64,000 bases of DNA, taken from positions 709,275-773,274 of the forward strand of contig OY761459.1 in NCBI GenBank assembly GCA_963664485.1, written 5' to 3'. The notes beneath the pieces were generated by a model, which searched no databases, was not told where the DNA came from, and saw nothing but the letters and a program-made list of their open reading frames with translations. This document shows, in pieces, positions 16,862 to 26,589 of this stretch (positions are counted from its first letter, which is position 1; the number at the start of each line of letters is the position of its first letter). Made by a program: the position numbers and the translations under genes. The stretch is from Syntrophales bacterium. Its GTDB lineage: Bacteria > Desulfobacterota > Syntrophia > Syntrophales > UBA2210.

Positions 16862-17361
16862 TCACAACCCTCCGCATTTGCTGTATATCGCAAGCAGTAT
16901 TGTAACAACTAACAGAACTTCTATCTTATGAATAAATCTCAGCAAATATAACAAGAAAAAAAATATATACAAAAAAACGGACGTATTATGGCAGAAACAG
17001 GAAGCAGCGTAAAGAATATATTTTTCAGAAAAGCCGATCCTTATGATTGAACAACCTTTTTCCCGGTAAGGTTTTTGCGTATATATAATGACATCATCAC
17101 GTATATGAATTGTGCAAAAGATCCGCACTGAGGCGCGTGCAGGAAAAACATGTGGGCTCCCGATCTTTCCACATTCAACGCCGTAATCCTTGTTTCGCTG
17201 CATGCGTTAAGCCCCTTAATATAAGAAACATTCTCAAGGCATATGTATGCTTCTTATTTTTTCACGGCAATTACACTGGACTGAACAATTGGAACAGGGT
17301 TTTCTAATGATCCGGGAACACCGGGAATACCGGTTGACACGGGAGAAAGATATTTCTCCCG

Positions 17362-18183
17362 TTACTTTCCGGTAAAATGAGGTTTTCTCTTCTCGGCAAA
17401 AGCGGTGAACGCTTCCGTAAGATCGTCCGAGGGGATAATATTGGAACTGATAGCGGCAACATAGCGAAGGCCGTCATCCACGGATTTGCCGACCCCGTAA
17501 TTCAATACCATTTTCGATGCCTGTACCGCCAACGGGGATCCTTCGGCAATCTCCATCGCCAGTTTCTGTGCCCCGCTAATCAATTCTTCGTAACTTCCGT
17601 ATACCTCGTTGACCAGCAGAATCTCCTTCGCGCGCGAGGCGTCTATATCTCTGGCACTGAAGGCAAGCTCCCTTGCAATGCCCTGCCCCACGATGAGCGG
17701 TATCCGTTGCAGTACACCCACATCAGCCACAAAGCCGATGGCGGCTTCTCTCAGCGAAAAGACCGCATCTTCCGCGCACAGCCTGATGTCGCAGGCGGTT
17801 GCCATGTCAAGCCCCGCACCGATGCAATACCCATGAATGGCGGCAATAACGGGTTTACGGCATTTCTCGATGCATGTCATGGTGTCCTGCAGGGGATATA
17901 TCCTTGAAAGAAGGCTCCATTTTATCCCGCCTTTCTGGTTATTATCGACAATCTCCGGCACGGCACCTATCATATCGATGAGATCGATTCCGGTTGTGAA
18001 ACACGACCCCTTGCCGCTTATAACGATCACCCTGATGCCCGGGTCTTTATCGAGATCTTCGAATATCGGGATGGTCTCCCTCCAGGCCGGCTGGTTCATC
18101 GCGTTCTTTTTTTCAGGTCGATTGAGGTATACCCACGCCACGGGCGGTTTCTTTTCCACGAGATAATATTCATACTTCTCCAT
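17362..18183 (-). CDS. Enoyl-CoA hydratase/isomerase (crotonase) family, dienoyl-CoA-isomerase-like
   Basis: ..LNRPEKKNAMN.., ..ISGKGSCFTTGIDL.., ..PVIAAIHGYCIGAGLDMATACDIR.. and ..ADVGVLQRIP.. are crotonase oxyanion-hole and fold motifs. Confidence 0.85.
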   Translation of the reverse strand: MEKYEYYLVEKKPPVAWVYLNRPEKKNAMNQPAWRETIPIFEDLDKDPGIRVIVISGKGSCFTTGIDLIDMIGAVPEIVDNNQKGGIKWSLLSRIYPLQDTMTCIEKCRKPVIAAIHGYCIGAGLDMATACDIRLCAEDAVFSLREAAIGFVADVGVLQRIPLIVGQGIARELAFSARDIDASRAKEILLVNEVYGSYEELISGAQKLAMEIAEGSPLAVQASKMVLNYGVGKSVDDGLRYVAAISSNIIPSDDLTEAFTAFAEKRKPHFTGK

Positions 18184-18327
18184 CCCCGTACCCCCTTTAC
18201 ACTTAAGGCTTCACCCACAGTACCTTTTCTGTTTCATCGGTAAATGGCTTACAGATATAGAAAAAAATCGCAAATCTAACTGATAACCGATCACCATCTT
18301 CCCGTAACTTATGACAGGGAAACTCGA

Positions 18328-19737
18328 CTATTCGCTCCCCCCACCCAGCACCGTGTAAAACATCACCTGGTTGGCGACCTTCGCGAGGCGGAGCAAAACT
18401 AGTCCCTGCTGCGCCGCATAGAGAGACCTTTGAGCATCGAGAACACCCAGGTAGCTGTCGATCCCCTTCGTATAACGTTCGTTTGAGAGACGATATGTTT
18501 CATCAACGGCATGTACCAGTGATTCCTGCGCCGCCAGCCTCTGATTTATCGTACTCCGAACGGCAAGGGTGTCGGCCACTTCCTTGAAGGCCGTCTGAAT
18601 CGCTTTTTCGTATTGAGTCAGAGCGATCTCCCGTTCGACCTGAGTCACATCATATGCCGCCCATGTACGGGCATCGAAAATCGGCATGACAATCTGCGGC
18701 GAGAAACTCCACGTTCCCGATCCGCCCTTAAAGAGTCCCGACAAGTCGGCGCTCGCAGTCCCAACCGTTGTCGTCAAGGCAATCCGCGGGAAGAAAGCCG
18801 CCCGGGCCGCCCCTATATTTGCATAGGCCCCTTTGAGTTGATGCTCCGCCTGAAGGATATCGGGACGAAGAAGAAGAATCTCCGAACTCATGCGGGGAGA
18901 AAATTCTTCTGGAGGAATGACACTGTCCAGATCAACCGGCAGAAGATCTTCCGGTACCGGCGAGCCTAGTAACAGGTCTAAAGTGTTTTTATCTTGCGCT
19001 ACCTGCTGTACATAGCGGGCGAGTTCTTCCCGGGCGGTATAGACCTGCGTCTGTGACTGGCGCAGTGCCAGTTCGTTTACAACTCCGACATCGTAACGCT
19101 TTTGCGTCAAATCAAAGGCGGCCTGTCGTGTTTTCAACGTTGCCTGAGCCAGTTTGAGCGCCTCCCGATCCGCGGCAAGGGTCAGATACGCTCCGGCAAC
19201 CGCGGATATCAGCGAGATCTGAGCACTTCGCCCTGCCTCAGTCGTGGCCAAAAATTCCTGCAACGCCTGATCTTTCAGGTTGCGAATGCGACCAAAGAAG
19301 TCTATTTCCCAGGAGCTGATCCCCAGACTGACACCGTATTCTTCGGCAATTCTCGATTTTCCGGTGGTTGAGAGCTCGGCAGGTATCCGCTTTTTAATCC
19401 CGCTTCCGGCCGCATTTACCGTCGGCAGGAGTTCGGCCCGTTGAATACCGTAAAGCGCCCTTGCTCTCTCTACGTTCAGGGCGGCAAGCCTCAGATCGCG
19501 ATTATTTTCCAGGGCCATTTCGATGACCTTCTTAAGATGCTCATCCGTAAAAAAATCCCGCCATGTCAACTCATGTACAACCTGGGAAACGGCCGAGATA
19601 TCCGAACTTTCAGGGGCGGCAACATCTTCCCAGCCTGCAGGGACCGGTGCCTCGGGGCGCGTATATTCCGGGGCGAGAGAACAGCCGCTCAGGAGAAATA
19701 CCAGCCCAATCAGTATAAAAGACAGTTGCTTATTCAT
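18328..19737 (-). CDS. RND efflux outer-membrane lipoprotein (NodT/OprM family)
   Basis: I prefer the start at ATG 19737 (MNKQLSFILIGLVFLLSGC, a lipobox), which overlaps the RND stop by 8 nt. The body shows the two-repeat TolC-like helical pattern. Confidence 0.88.
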   Translation of the reverse strand: MNKQLSFILIGLVFLLSGCSLAPEYTRPEAPVPAGWEDVAAPESSDISAVSQVVHELTWRDFFTDEHLKKVIEMALENNRDLRLAALNVERARALYGIQRAELLPTVNAAGSGIKKRIPAELSTTGKSRIAEEYGVSLGISSWEIDFFGRIRNLKDQALQEFLATTEAGRSAQISLISAVAGAYLTLAADREALKLAQATLKTRQAAFDLTQKRYDVGVVNELALRQSQTQVYTAREELARYVQQVAQDKNTLDLLLGSPVPEDLLPVDLDSVIPPEEFSPRMSSEILLLRPDILQAEHQLKGAYANIGAARAAFFPRIALTTTVGTASADLSGLFKGGSGTWSFSPQIVMPIFDARTWAAYDVTQVEREIALTQYEKAIQTAFKEVADTLAVRSTINQRLAAQESLVHAVDETYRLSNERYTKGIDSYLGVLDAQRSLYAAQQGLVLLRLAKVANQVMFYTVLGGGSE

Positions 19738-22700
19738 TGACTCGCCCCCCCGATTGATTAGTTGTATTTTGACCGGCGGAACCGCGTCTACTCTGCTTAC
19801 CGAATATCCTCTCGACCAGCACATAGAAAAACGGGGAGAAGATAACCACCAGAACGGTGGCGGTTATCATTCCGCCCAACACCCCGGTTCCGATGGCATT
19901 CTGTGCGCCCGCTCCGGCGCCCTTGGTTATCGTGAGCGGTAAAACCCCGAATCCGAAGGCCAGTGAGGTCATGACAATCGGACGGAATCTCAACTTCGCC
20001 CCTTCGAGCGTGGCTTCGATCAGTCCCATTCCTTTCATCATACCGGCCTTCGCGAATTGTACGATCAGGATCGCATTTTTCGTAGCCAGACCCATCGTGG
20101 TCAAAAGACCGATCTGGAAATAGACATCGTTGGACATACCCCGCATACTGGATGCCATGATTCCTCCTATTACTCCAAGGGGCAGTATCAAAAGGATTGA
20201 AATGGGTATGGTCCAGCTTTCATAAAGAGCCGCCAGGCACAGAAAGATCACGAAAACCGAAAACGCGTACAGCAGGGGTGCCTGAGAACTCGACATACGC
20301 TCCTGATACGAAAGACCGGTCCAGTCGAAACCTACCCCCTGCGGTAATTTTGTAACCGCCTCTTCCATAGCCTTCATCGCTTCACCCGAACTCCTTCCCG
20401 GAGCAGGCTCACCCCAGATATTGATGGAAGGGAAACCGTTGAAACGTTCCAGTCTCGGGGAACCGGATGTCCAGCGACCGGAGGCGAAAGAGGAAAAGGG
20501 AACCATTGTACCCGACATATTGCGGACATTGAGTTTATCTATATCCCTGGGGAGCATACGATAAGGGGCATCCGCCTGTACATAAACACGTTTGACCTCG
20601 CCGCCTTTTACAAAATCGTTGACATATGCGCTGCCGAAGGCCGTAGCGAGTGTGCTGTGAATCGAAGTAATGGGAATCCCCAGCGCTCCCGCCTTTTCCC
20701 AGTCCACATCGACACGGTATTCGGGAACATCTTCCATGCCGTTGGGACGGACGGAGGTCAATCGCGGGTCCTGTGAAGCAATACCCAGGAGCTGATTCCG
20801 GATATTCATCAAGTTTGCATGCCCGAGACCGCCCCGGTCCAGAAGTTCAAAATTAAATCCTTTCGCGATACCCAGCTCCGCAACCGCCGGCGGAGGGAAA
20901 ACAAATATCATGGCGTTTCTTATACTTGAAAGTGCAACGGTTGCCCTGCCGGCTATGGCCTTGGCCTTAAGATCGCTGCGATTTCTGAGTTCCCAGTCTC
21001 TCAATCTCACAAACACCATGCCATTGTTCTGTGACCTTCCGGAGAAGCTTATACCTGTAAGTGTCATACAGGATTCTACCGCTTCTTTCTCATGCTCTTT
21101 GAAGTATTGTTCAATCTTTTTAGCGACTTCTCTGGTCTGTTCCAGGGTAGCTCCCTTGGGCATAATGACCTGGGCAAGTAATACCCCCTGATCTTCCTCG
21201 GGCAGGTAGGAGGTAGGCATCCTCAGATACAGGAAACCCATGACAGCCACGATCATCAAGAAAATGACAAGGTAACGGATTTTTCTGGTAAGGGAGTATC
21301 CCACTAACTTCACATAATAATCTCTGATGCTGAAAAAGACTCGATCGAACCATTTAAAAAACGGCCTCAGGAAAAAAATCGCATTTTCAGCAGGTTCATG
21401 CCCGGCCTCCACCGGCTTGAGCAGAGAAGCGCAGAGAACCGGCGTCAGTATCAGAGCCACGACAACCGACAGCAGCATAGAGGCAATTATGGTTATGGAA
21501 AACTGGCGATAGATTATACCGGTCGAACCAGGGAAAAACGCCATGGGTCCGAAAACCGCCGAGAGCACGAGCCCGATACCTATAAGGGCACTTGTGATCT
21601 GCTCCATCGATTTTGCGGTTGCCTCCTTGGGAGGCAACCCTTCCTCGCTCATTATCCGTTCCACGTTTTCAACCACCACGATAGCATCGTCCACCAGGAG
21701 TCCGATAGCAAGCACCATGGCAAACATGGTCAGCATGTTTATGGAAAATCCGAAAAGTCCCAGCATCGCGAAGGTTCCCAGTATAACAACGGGTACCGCG
21801 ATCGTGGGAATCAAAGTGGCCCTCATATTGCCCAGGAACAGCCACATGACCAGGAATACGAGCAGAATCGCTTCGAAGAGGGTCTTTACGACTTCATTAA
21901 TGGCAACACTGATGAAGGGAGTCGTATCGTACGGGTAAACGACCTTCAACCCCGCAGGGAAGAACCTGCTCAGCTCCTCCATCTTTGCCTTGACCGCATC
22001 GGCAGTATCAAGGGCATTCGCCCCCGCAGCCTGCCGGATTGCCAGACCTGAGGCGGGTCTGCCGTCATATTCGGCCTCTATATCGTACACTTCTGTTCCC
22101 AGCTCTACCGTGCCGACATCACGCACCCTTACAATGGAACCGTCCTGGTTGATCCGTACAGGTACATCGGCAAATTCATCGGGTGTTTTGAGCATGTTCT
22201 GGACTACGATGGAAGCGTTCAGCCGCTGGTCTTCAACTGCGGGGGCACCACCCAGCTGTCCGGCGGAAACTTCCACGTTGTATGATTTCAGTGCGGTTAT
22301 GACATCCGTTATTGTCAACTGGTAATCCGTCAACTTGTCGGGATTGAGCCAGATACGCATGGCGTATCCGCTTCCATAGATCATAACCTCGCCGACACCC
22401 GGGACACGCGCCAATATTTTTTCCAGATTTGATTTTGCGTAGTCCTGAATATCAGACCTGTCCATGCTGCCGTCTTCCGATATAAGGCCGACTACCAGCA
22501 GATAATTATGTGTGGATTTGTTTACCGTTACCCCTCTCGTTCTGACAGCTTCAGGAAGGCTGGCCGTTGCGGTCTGGAGTTTGTTCTGAACCTGGGACCA
22601 TGCAAAATCGGGGTCGGTCCCCGCTTCGAAAGTAAGTTCTATGCGCGAGCTTCCGGATGAATCGCTTGTGGCAGACATGTACAGCATCCTGTCCAGCCCG

Positions 22701-22915
22701 GTCATCTTCTGTTCAATGATCTGCGTTACGCTGTTTTCAACGGTCTCAGCCGAAGCTCCGGGATAGTATGCCTCAACAGATATGGACGGAGGTGCGATGG
22801 GAGGGTACTGGGATATGGGCAGGTTATAGATCGCGAGTCCTCCCGCAGTCATAATGATGATGGCTATGACCCAGGCAAAAACGGGACGATCCAGAAAAAA
22901 TTTAGATAACATCAT
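19730..22915 (-). CDS. RND multidrug efflux permease (AcrB/MexB, HAE1 type)
   Basis: 1061 aa. N-terminus MLSKFFLDRPVFAWVIAIIIM. 12-TM architecture with two large periplasmic loops. ..GLLVDDAIVVVENVER.. motif. Confidence 0.93.
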   Translation of the reverse strand: MMLSKFFLDRPVFAWVIAIIIMTAGGLAIYNLPISQYPPIAPPSISVEAYYPGASAETVENSVTQIIEQKMTGLDRMLYMSATSDSSGSSRIELTFEAGTDPDFAWSQVQNKLQTATASLPEAVRTRGVTVNKSTHNYLLVVGLISEDGSMDRSDIQDYAKSNLEKILARVPGVGEVMIYGSGYAMRIWLNPDKLTDYQLTITDVITALKSYNVEVSAGQLGGAPAVEDQRLNASIVVQNMLKTPDEFADVPVRINQDGSIVRVRDVGTVELGTEVYDIEAEYDGRPASGLAIRQAAGANALDTADAVKAKMEELSRFFPAGLKVVYPYDTTPFISVAINEVVKTLFEAILLVFLVMWLFLGNMRATLIPTIAVPVVILGTFAMLGLFGFSINMLTMFAMVLAIGLLVDDAIVVVENVERIMSEEGLPPKEATAKSMEQITSALIGIGLVLSAVFGPMAFFPGSTGIIYRQFSITIIASMLLSVVVALILTPVLCASLLKPVEAGHEPAENAIFFLRPFFKWFDRVFFSIRDYYVKLVGYSLTRKIRYLVIFLMIVAVMGFLYLRMPTSYLPEEDQGVLLAQVIMPKGATLEQTREVAKKIEQYFKEHEKEAVESCMTLTGISFSGRSQNNGMVFVRLRDWELRNRSDLKAKAIAGRATVALSSIRNAMIFVFPPPAVAELGIAKGFNFELLDRGGLGHANLMNIRNQLLGIASQDPRLTSVRPNGMEDVPEYRVDVDWEKAGALGIPITSIHSTLATAFGSAYVNDFVKGGEVKRVYVQADAPYRMLPRDIDKLNVRNMSGTMVPFSSFASGRWTSGSPRLERFNGFPSINIWGEPAPGRSSGEAMKAMEEAVTKLPQGVGFDWTGLSYQERMSSSQAPLLYAFSVFVIFLCLAALYESWTIPISILLILPLGVIGGIMASSMRGMSNDVYFQIGLLTTMGLATKNAILIVQFAKAGMMKGMGLIEATLEGAKLRFRPIVMTSLAFGFGVLPLTITKGAGAGAQNAIGTGVLGGMITATVLVVIFSPFFYVLVERIFGKQSRRGSAGQNTTNQSGGRVNE

Positions 22916-22931
22916 GTGCCTCCGTAAGTCG

Positions 22932-24137
22932 TTATTGCGTTTTCACATCTGATCCGGCAGCGGGGTCGGCCACGGCCTTATTTTCTCCAAAAGGAACAAC
23001 TTTTACGGAAACCCCGGGTCTTATTTTCTGAATCCCTTCGACGATAACTTTATCGCCGGCGGCAAGACCGGAAGTCACCAGCCACTGATTACCGACAGCC
23101 CGGTCTATGGTGAGCTGCCTTTGCTCAACCTTGTCCTGCGAATCAACGAGCAGCGCGAGAGGATTGCCCTTGGGATCGCGTGATACTGCCTGATGAGGGA
23201 TAAGTATGGCCTGTTTGTCCACTCCCTCCGGCACCACCGCGCGAACGAACATGCCGGGCAGGAGAAGATTGTCAGGATTGGGGAAAACCGCACGCAGGGT
23301 AACGGTTCCAGTCGATTTGTCGACGGTAACATCCTGAAACTCCAGAATCCCCTCTAATGGATACACGGTTCCGCCATCCAGCAGCAGTTTGATTTTTTTA
23401 TGATTATTCCCGTTACTGCTCAAATGGCCGGTTTCCAGACTCCGTCTTAGACGCAACAGTTTTGCCGTCGATTGGGGAACATCCACATATATGGGGTCAA
23501 GCTGTTGCACCGTTACCAACGGAGTAGGCTGACTGGCCGTTACCAGTGCCCCTTCCGTTACATTGGATCTGCCGGTCCTGCCCGGGATCGGCGCGCTTAC
23601 AGAAGTATATCCCAGATTGATGCGTGCGGACTTTACAGCCGCCTCCCAGTATTTAACATCTGCCTCCGCCTGCTTGAGGGCGGATTCGGCATCATCAAGA
23701 TCCTGCCGGCTTACGGCTTTCAAGGAAAGCAGTTCCCGGTAACGTTCAACCCTTGACCGGATGGCAGGCAGATTTGCCTGGGCCCTCGCAAGGGATGCCT
23801 CGGCGCTGTCGTACGCCGCCTGAAAGAGCGCGGGATCGATACGGTATAAGAGCTGCCCCTCTTTTACGACGGACCCCTCTCTGAACAGACGCTCCTTGAT
23901 AATACCGCTAACCTGAGGACGGATTTCGGCTATTCTGAAGGCGGCAGTGCGGCCTGGCAATTCAGTGGTCAAGACAACCTGCTCAGGTTGAACCGTCAAC
24001 ACGGCGACTTCCGGCACGGGGCGCTGCGGTTGTGCACGTTCGGTGCTCTCGCATCCCGCCAGTAAAAAACCGGCCAGCAGGATCACCGGAATTACATTCC
24101 ACGTGATAAATTTGTAATCCTTTCTACTGAATTGCAT
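22932..24137 (-). CDS. RND periplasmic adaptor (AcrA/MexA family)
   Basis: Lipoprotein-like N-terminus (LLAGFLLAGC). Coiled-coil hairpin region and ..GQLLYRIDP.. lipoyl motif. Confidence 0.9.
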   Translation of the reverse strand: MQFSRKDYKFITWNVIPVILLAGFLLAGCESTERAQPQRPVPEVAVLTVQPEQVVLTTELPGRTAAFRIAEIRPQVSGIIKERLFREGSVVKEGQLLYRIDPALFQAAYDSAEASLARAQANLPAIRSRVERYRELLSLKAVSRQDLDDAESALKQAEADVKYWEAAVKSARINLGYTSVSAPIPGRTGRSNVTEGALVTASQPTPLVTVQQLDPIYVDVPQSTAKLLRLRRSLETGHLSSNGNNHKKIKLLLDGGTVYPLEGILEFQDVTVDKSTGTVTLRAVFPNPDNLLLPGMFVRAVVPEGVDKQAILIPHQAVSRDPKGNPLALLVDSQDKVEQRQLTIDRAVGNQWLVTSGLAAGDKVIVEGIQKIRPGVSVKVVPFGENKAVADPAAGSDVKTQ

Positions 24138-24154
24138 TAGACTCTCCTCTTATT

Positions 24155-24188
24155 AATAAAAATCGCCCTGAAGCTTTCGCGTTCAGGG
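24155..24188 (-). terminator. Terminator/attenuator hairpin between tetR and the efflux operon
   Basis: Minus strand: CCCTGAA-cgcgaaagc-TTCAGGG followed by CGATTTTTATT. It lies 17 nt upstream of the adaptor-gene ATG. Confidence 0.5.
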
Positions 24189-24244
24189 ATTACGGCGTAT
24201 AATTACCTTATTCTTTAAATGATTACAAAAAACCTGTTTGTATC

Positions 24245-24880
24245 TTATTGCTTTCTTCTCAATCCTTCCATAAATATACTTATGATCTGTCTTGCGTCTC
24301 GTTCGACATCCCCTGAAATCCCGTCGCGGATCCTCTGCATCACCATTCCCATATTGGCCTCGATGAACATGGCGGCAATCTTCATCGAATCCATAGGAGC
24401 AAAAAGTCCTGTATCTACGCCCTCATTCAGTACCTCGGCAACCTTGCTTAAAAGCGTCAAGTATCTATCGTCGTTGAAGCGATTCTTTTCGGAATGTATC
24501 CTTTCACGGTCATAAAAAAGTATCCGGATCAGATCCTGCTGTTCGTCAAAAAACTGAAGGTTAAGGCGGGAAAAATTTTCAAGCCTTTTATCGGGCGCCT
24601 TATCGGCATCCATTATGCCGGTCAGTTCTACAATCAGAGGTTCAAAGCTGGCTTCGACCGCGGCGTCAAGGATCTCTTCCTTGTTTTTGAAATAGACATA
24701 CAGAGTCCCCTTTGCGACTCCCGCCTCCATTGCCACGCGATCCATTGTAATGCCCTGAACACCGTCACGCATCAGCAACCCTATGACGGCATCGAGGACA
24801 CCCTGGCGCATAAAGGCCCCCATGGCCTTTTTCCGTTCTTGCTTTTTGTGATAACGCATGATAGAAAACTTTCCGGTCAT
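24245..24880 (-). CDS. TetR/AcrR family transcriptional regulator
   Basis: N-terminal HTH ..GVQGITMDRVAMEAGVAKGTLYVYFKNKEEIL... The exact start is uncertain because several in-frame Met codons exist. Confidence 0.9.
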   Translation of the reverse strand: MTGKFSIMRYHKKQERKKAMGAFMRQGVLDAVIGLLMRDGVQGITMDRVAMEAGVAKGTLYVYFKNKEEILDAAVEASFEPLIVELTGIMDADKAPDKRLENFSRLNLQFFDEQQDLIRILFYDRERIHSEKNRFNDDRYLTLLSKVAEVLNEGVDTGLFAPMDSMKIAAMFIEANMGMVMQRIRDGISGDVERDARQIISIFMEGLRRKQ

Positions 24881-24915
24881 TTTCTAGACTGACCAGTTCA
24901 AATATAACCTTTACA

Positions 24916-24932
24916 ATTGCTTGTCAAGCAAT
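24916..24932. promoter_or_regulatory. Palindromic operator candidate overlapping the tetR -35 region
   Basis: ATTGCTTG-T-CAAGCAAT is a perfect 8+1+8 palindrome located 36 nt upstream of the tetR ORF. It contains TTGACA on the minus strand. Confidence 0.45.
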
Positions 24933-25145
24933 ATTTGTCGTACATCGGACTCTGGTTCCAATTCTCCAAGTCACCGGGGAATAATCCCCGATGCTTATCA
25001 GCCTGTCCGCTTTTCCCTGAAGGCGAACGGGTGAGAATGCAACCGTAACGGATATGAATTCAATTTTGGTGTTATTTATACTACTGCACAGGGGAATGCG
25101 AACTGTCCGGAATCATGCACATCAGAGATCAAACCGATACTCCGG

Positions 25146-26282
25146 ATGCGTATATTGCCGGCCATACTCTTTCGATCCTGCTCCGAGGCTGAAAAAACAA
25201 AAAGGAAAAGATTAGTGTCGCACATTCGCAGGACACCATACATTATAATATTATTGTCGATCACAGTGTGGTGTCTGTTTTTTCTCCCCCTGCGAGCCGG
25301 GGCTGACGATGATATCGCGCGACGCATGGGCACCGTTACCCTGTATATGGAGAATGATTTCTTCTACAAGACGGATCGTCAGTACACACACGGCACAAAG
25401 ATCTCATGGATCTCGCCGGATCTTTCATCATATCAAGATGACCCGCACATGCCCTCATGGAGTTATCCGATCGTCAAACATCTGCCCTTTATTAATGATC
25501 CGGGATACCAGCGTTCCATATCCTTTTCACTGGGCCAGAATATATACACACCGGAGGAGATTGAGCGGAGTGATCTCATAAGAGACGACCGGCCCTACGC
25601 CAGCATAACATATCTGGCAATCGGATTTCACAGCAAGAACGACCGCCGGATGGATACCCTCGAGTTCGATGCCGGTATCGTCGGCCCTCACTCATATGCG
25701 GAACATGTTCAGAGGGTCATCCACCAGTGGGTCGCGGCAACCGATCCCCAGGGGTGGAAAAACCAGTTGAACGACGAGCCCTTCATTAATATGTTCTTCG
25801 AGCGTAAATGGCGACTATTCAGAGAAGAATGTGCAGGGGGACTGGGTTTCGATTTTATTCCCCATATAGGCGCAGGTATCGGAAATGCCTTTACCCTTGC
25901 GAGCACGGGAGGGGAAGTACGCCTCGGTTGGCATCTTCCGAATGATTTCGGGACGTATATCATCACACCGGGCTCGGATAATAACGCCCCGCTGGACGAT
26001 GCCGATTCGAAACTCTACAGCATACTTCATCGCGCCGGTGCGCATCTCTTCTTCGCCGTTAACGGATCGGCCGTGGCACGAAATATTCTTTTAGACGGTA
26101 ACACCTTCCGGGACAGCCACAGTGTCGACAAGAAACATTTTGTCGCCTGTTTTGTCGGAGGAATCGGATTTACGGCAGGTGGTTTCAAAATTACATACTC
26201 CCACGTCTATCAGACAAAAGAATTCAAGACTCAGGAGAAAGAACAACAGTACGGCGCGATATCGCTATCCCGTACATTTTGA
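25146..26282 (+). CDS. LpxR-family (DUF2219) outer-membrane lipid A deacylase-like protein
   Basis: Signal-peptide-like segment (IIILLSITVWCLFFLPLRAGA). ..YMENDFFYKTDRQYTHGTKISW.. is the characteristic N-terminal motif of this family. The body is beta-barrel-like and rich in Gly and aromatic residues. The start is uncertain. Confidence 0.7.
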   Translation: MRILPAILFRSCSEAEKTKRKRLVSHIRRTPYIIILLSITVWCLFFLPLRAGADDDIARRMGTVTLYMENDFFYKTDRQYTHGTKISWISPDLSSYQDDPHMPSWSYPIVKHLPFINDPGYQRSISFSLGQNIYTPEEIERSDLIRDDRPYASITYLAIGFHSKNDRRMDTLEFDAGIVGPHSYAEHVQRVIHQWVAATDPQGWKNQLNDEPFINMFFERKWRLFREECAGGLGFDFIPHIGAGIGNAFTLASTGGEVRLGWHLPNDFGTYIITPGSDNNAPLDDADSKLYSILHRAGAHLFFAVNGSAVARNILLDGNTFRDSHSVDKKHFVACFVGGIGFTAGGFKITYSHVYQTKEFKTQEKEQQYGAISLSRTF

Positions 26283-26370
26283 ACTGAGACCGCCTGAATA
26301 CCGCTCCCTTTGCAGTGCCCGGCACGTTCCAAAACAAAACTCGGAATAATAAGAGCTTTGCCTCGACAGG

Positions 26371-26456
26371 ATTGAATCTCCCCGCAACAAGTTGCGGGGA
26401 ATCTCCGACTGTTAAGAAATTTTTCATTTTTTATTCGCTCGCTGTTCATTTCAAGG
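26371..26456. repeat. Intergenic hairpin-bearing repeat, copy B (simple form)
   Basis: 26371-26443 matches 9192-9264 at 72 of 73 positions. The only difference is A at 26417 against G at 9238. It lacks the 34-nt module of copy A. The GTTCATTTCAAGG tail resembles GTTCAGTTCAGG at 9299-9310. Confidence 0.9.
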
Positions 26457-26589
26457 GGAAAAACGCCGGGCGGAGAAACAGTACACGGCTATTATCTTGC
26501 AACAAATCCCAAGGTTTGATAGTGTCCGCGCGTGATGCATTGCAATACGTGTTTTGCACGCATAAGAAATTCCCGGCAGGAGTTGTTTT

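Noticed and set aside
16862-17361. An AT-rich 500-nt spacer with a 113-aa ORF, and a hairpin (ACGGGAGAAA-gata-TTTCTCCCGT, 17338-17361) next to the crotonase stop.
   Set aside because: The ORF is hydrophobic and low-complexity with no start signals. The hairpin lacks a U-tract on the relevant (minus) strand, so I did not call it a terminator. The region is most simply a promoter and spacer region.
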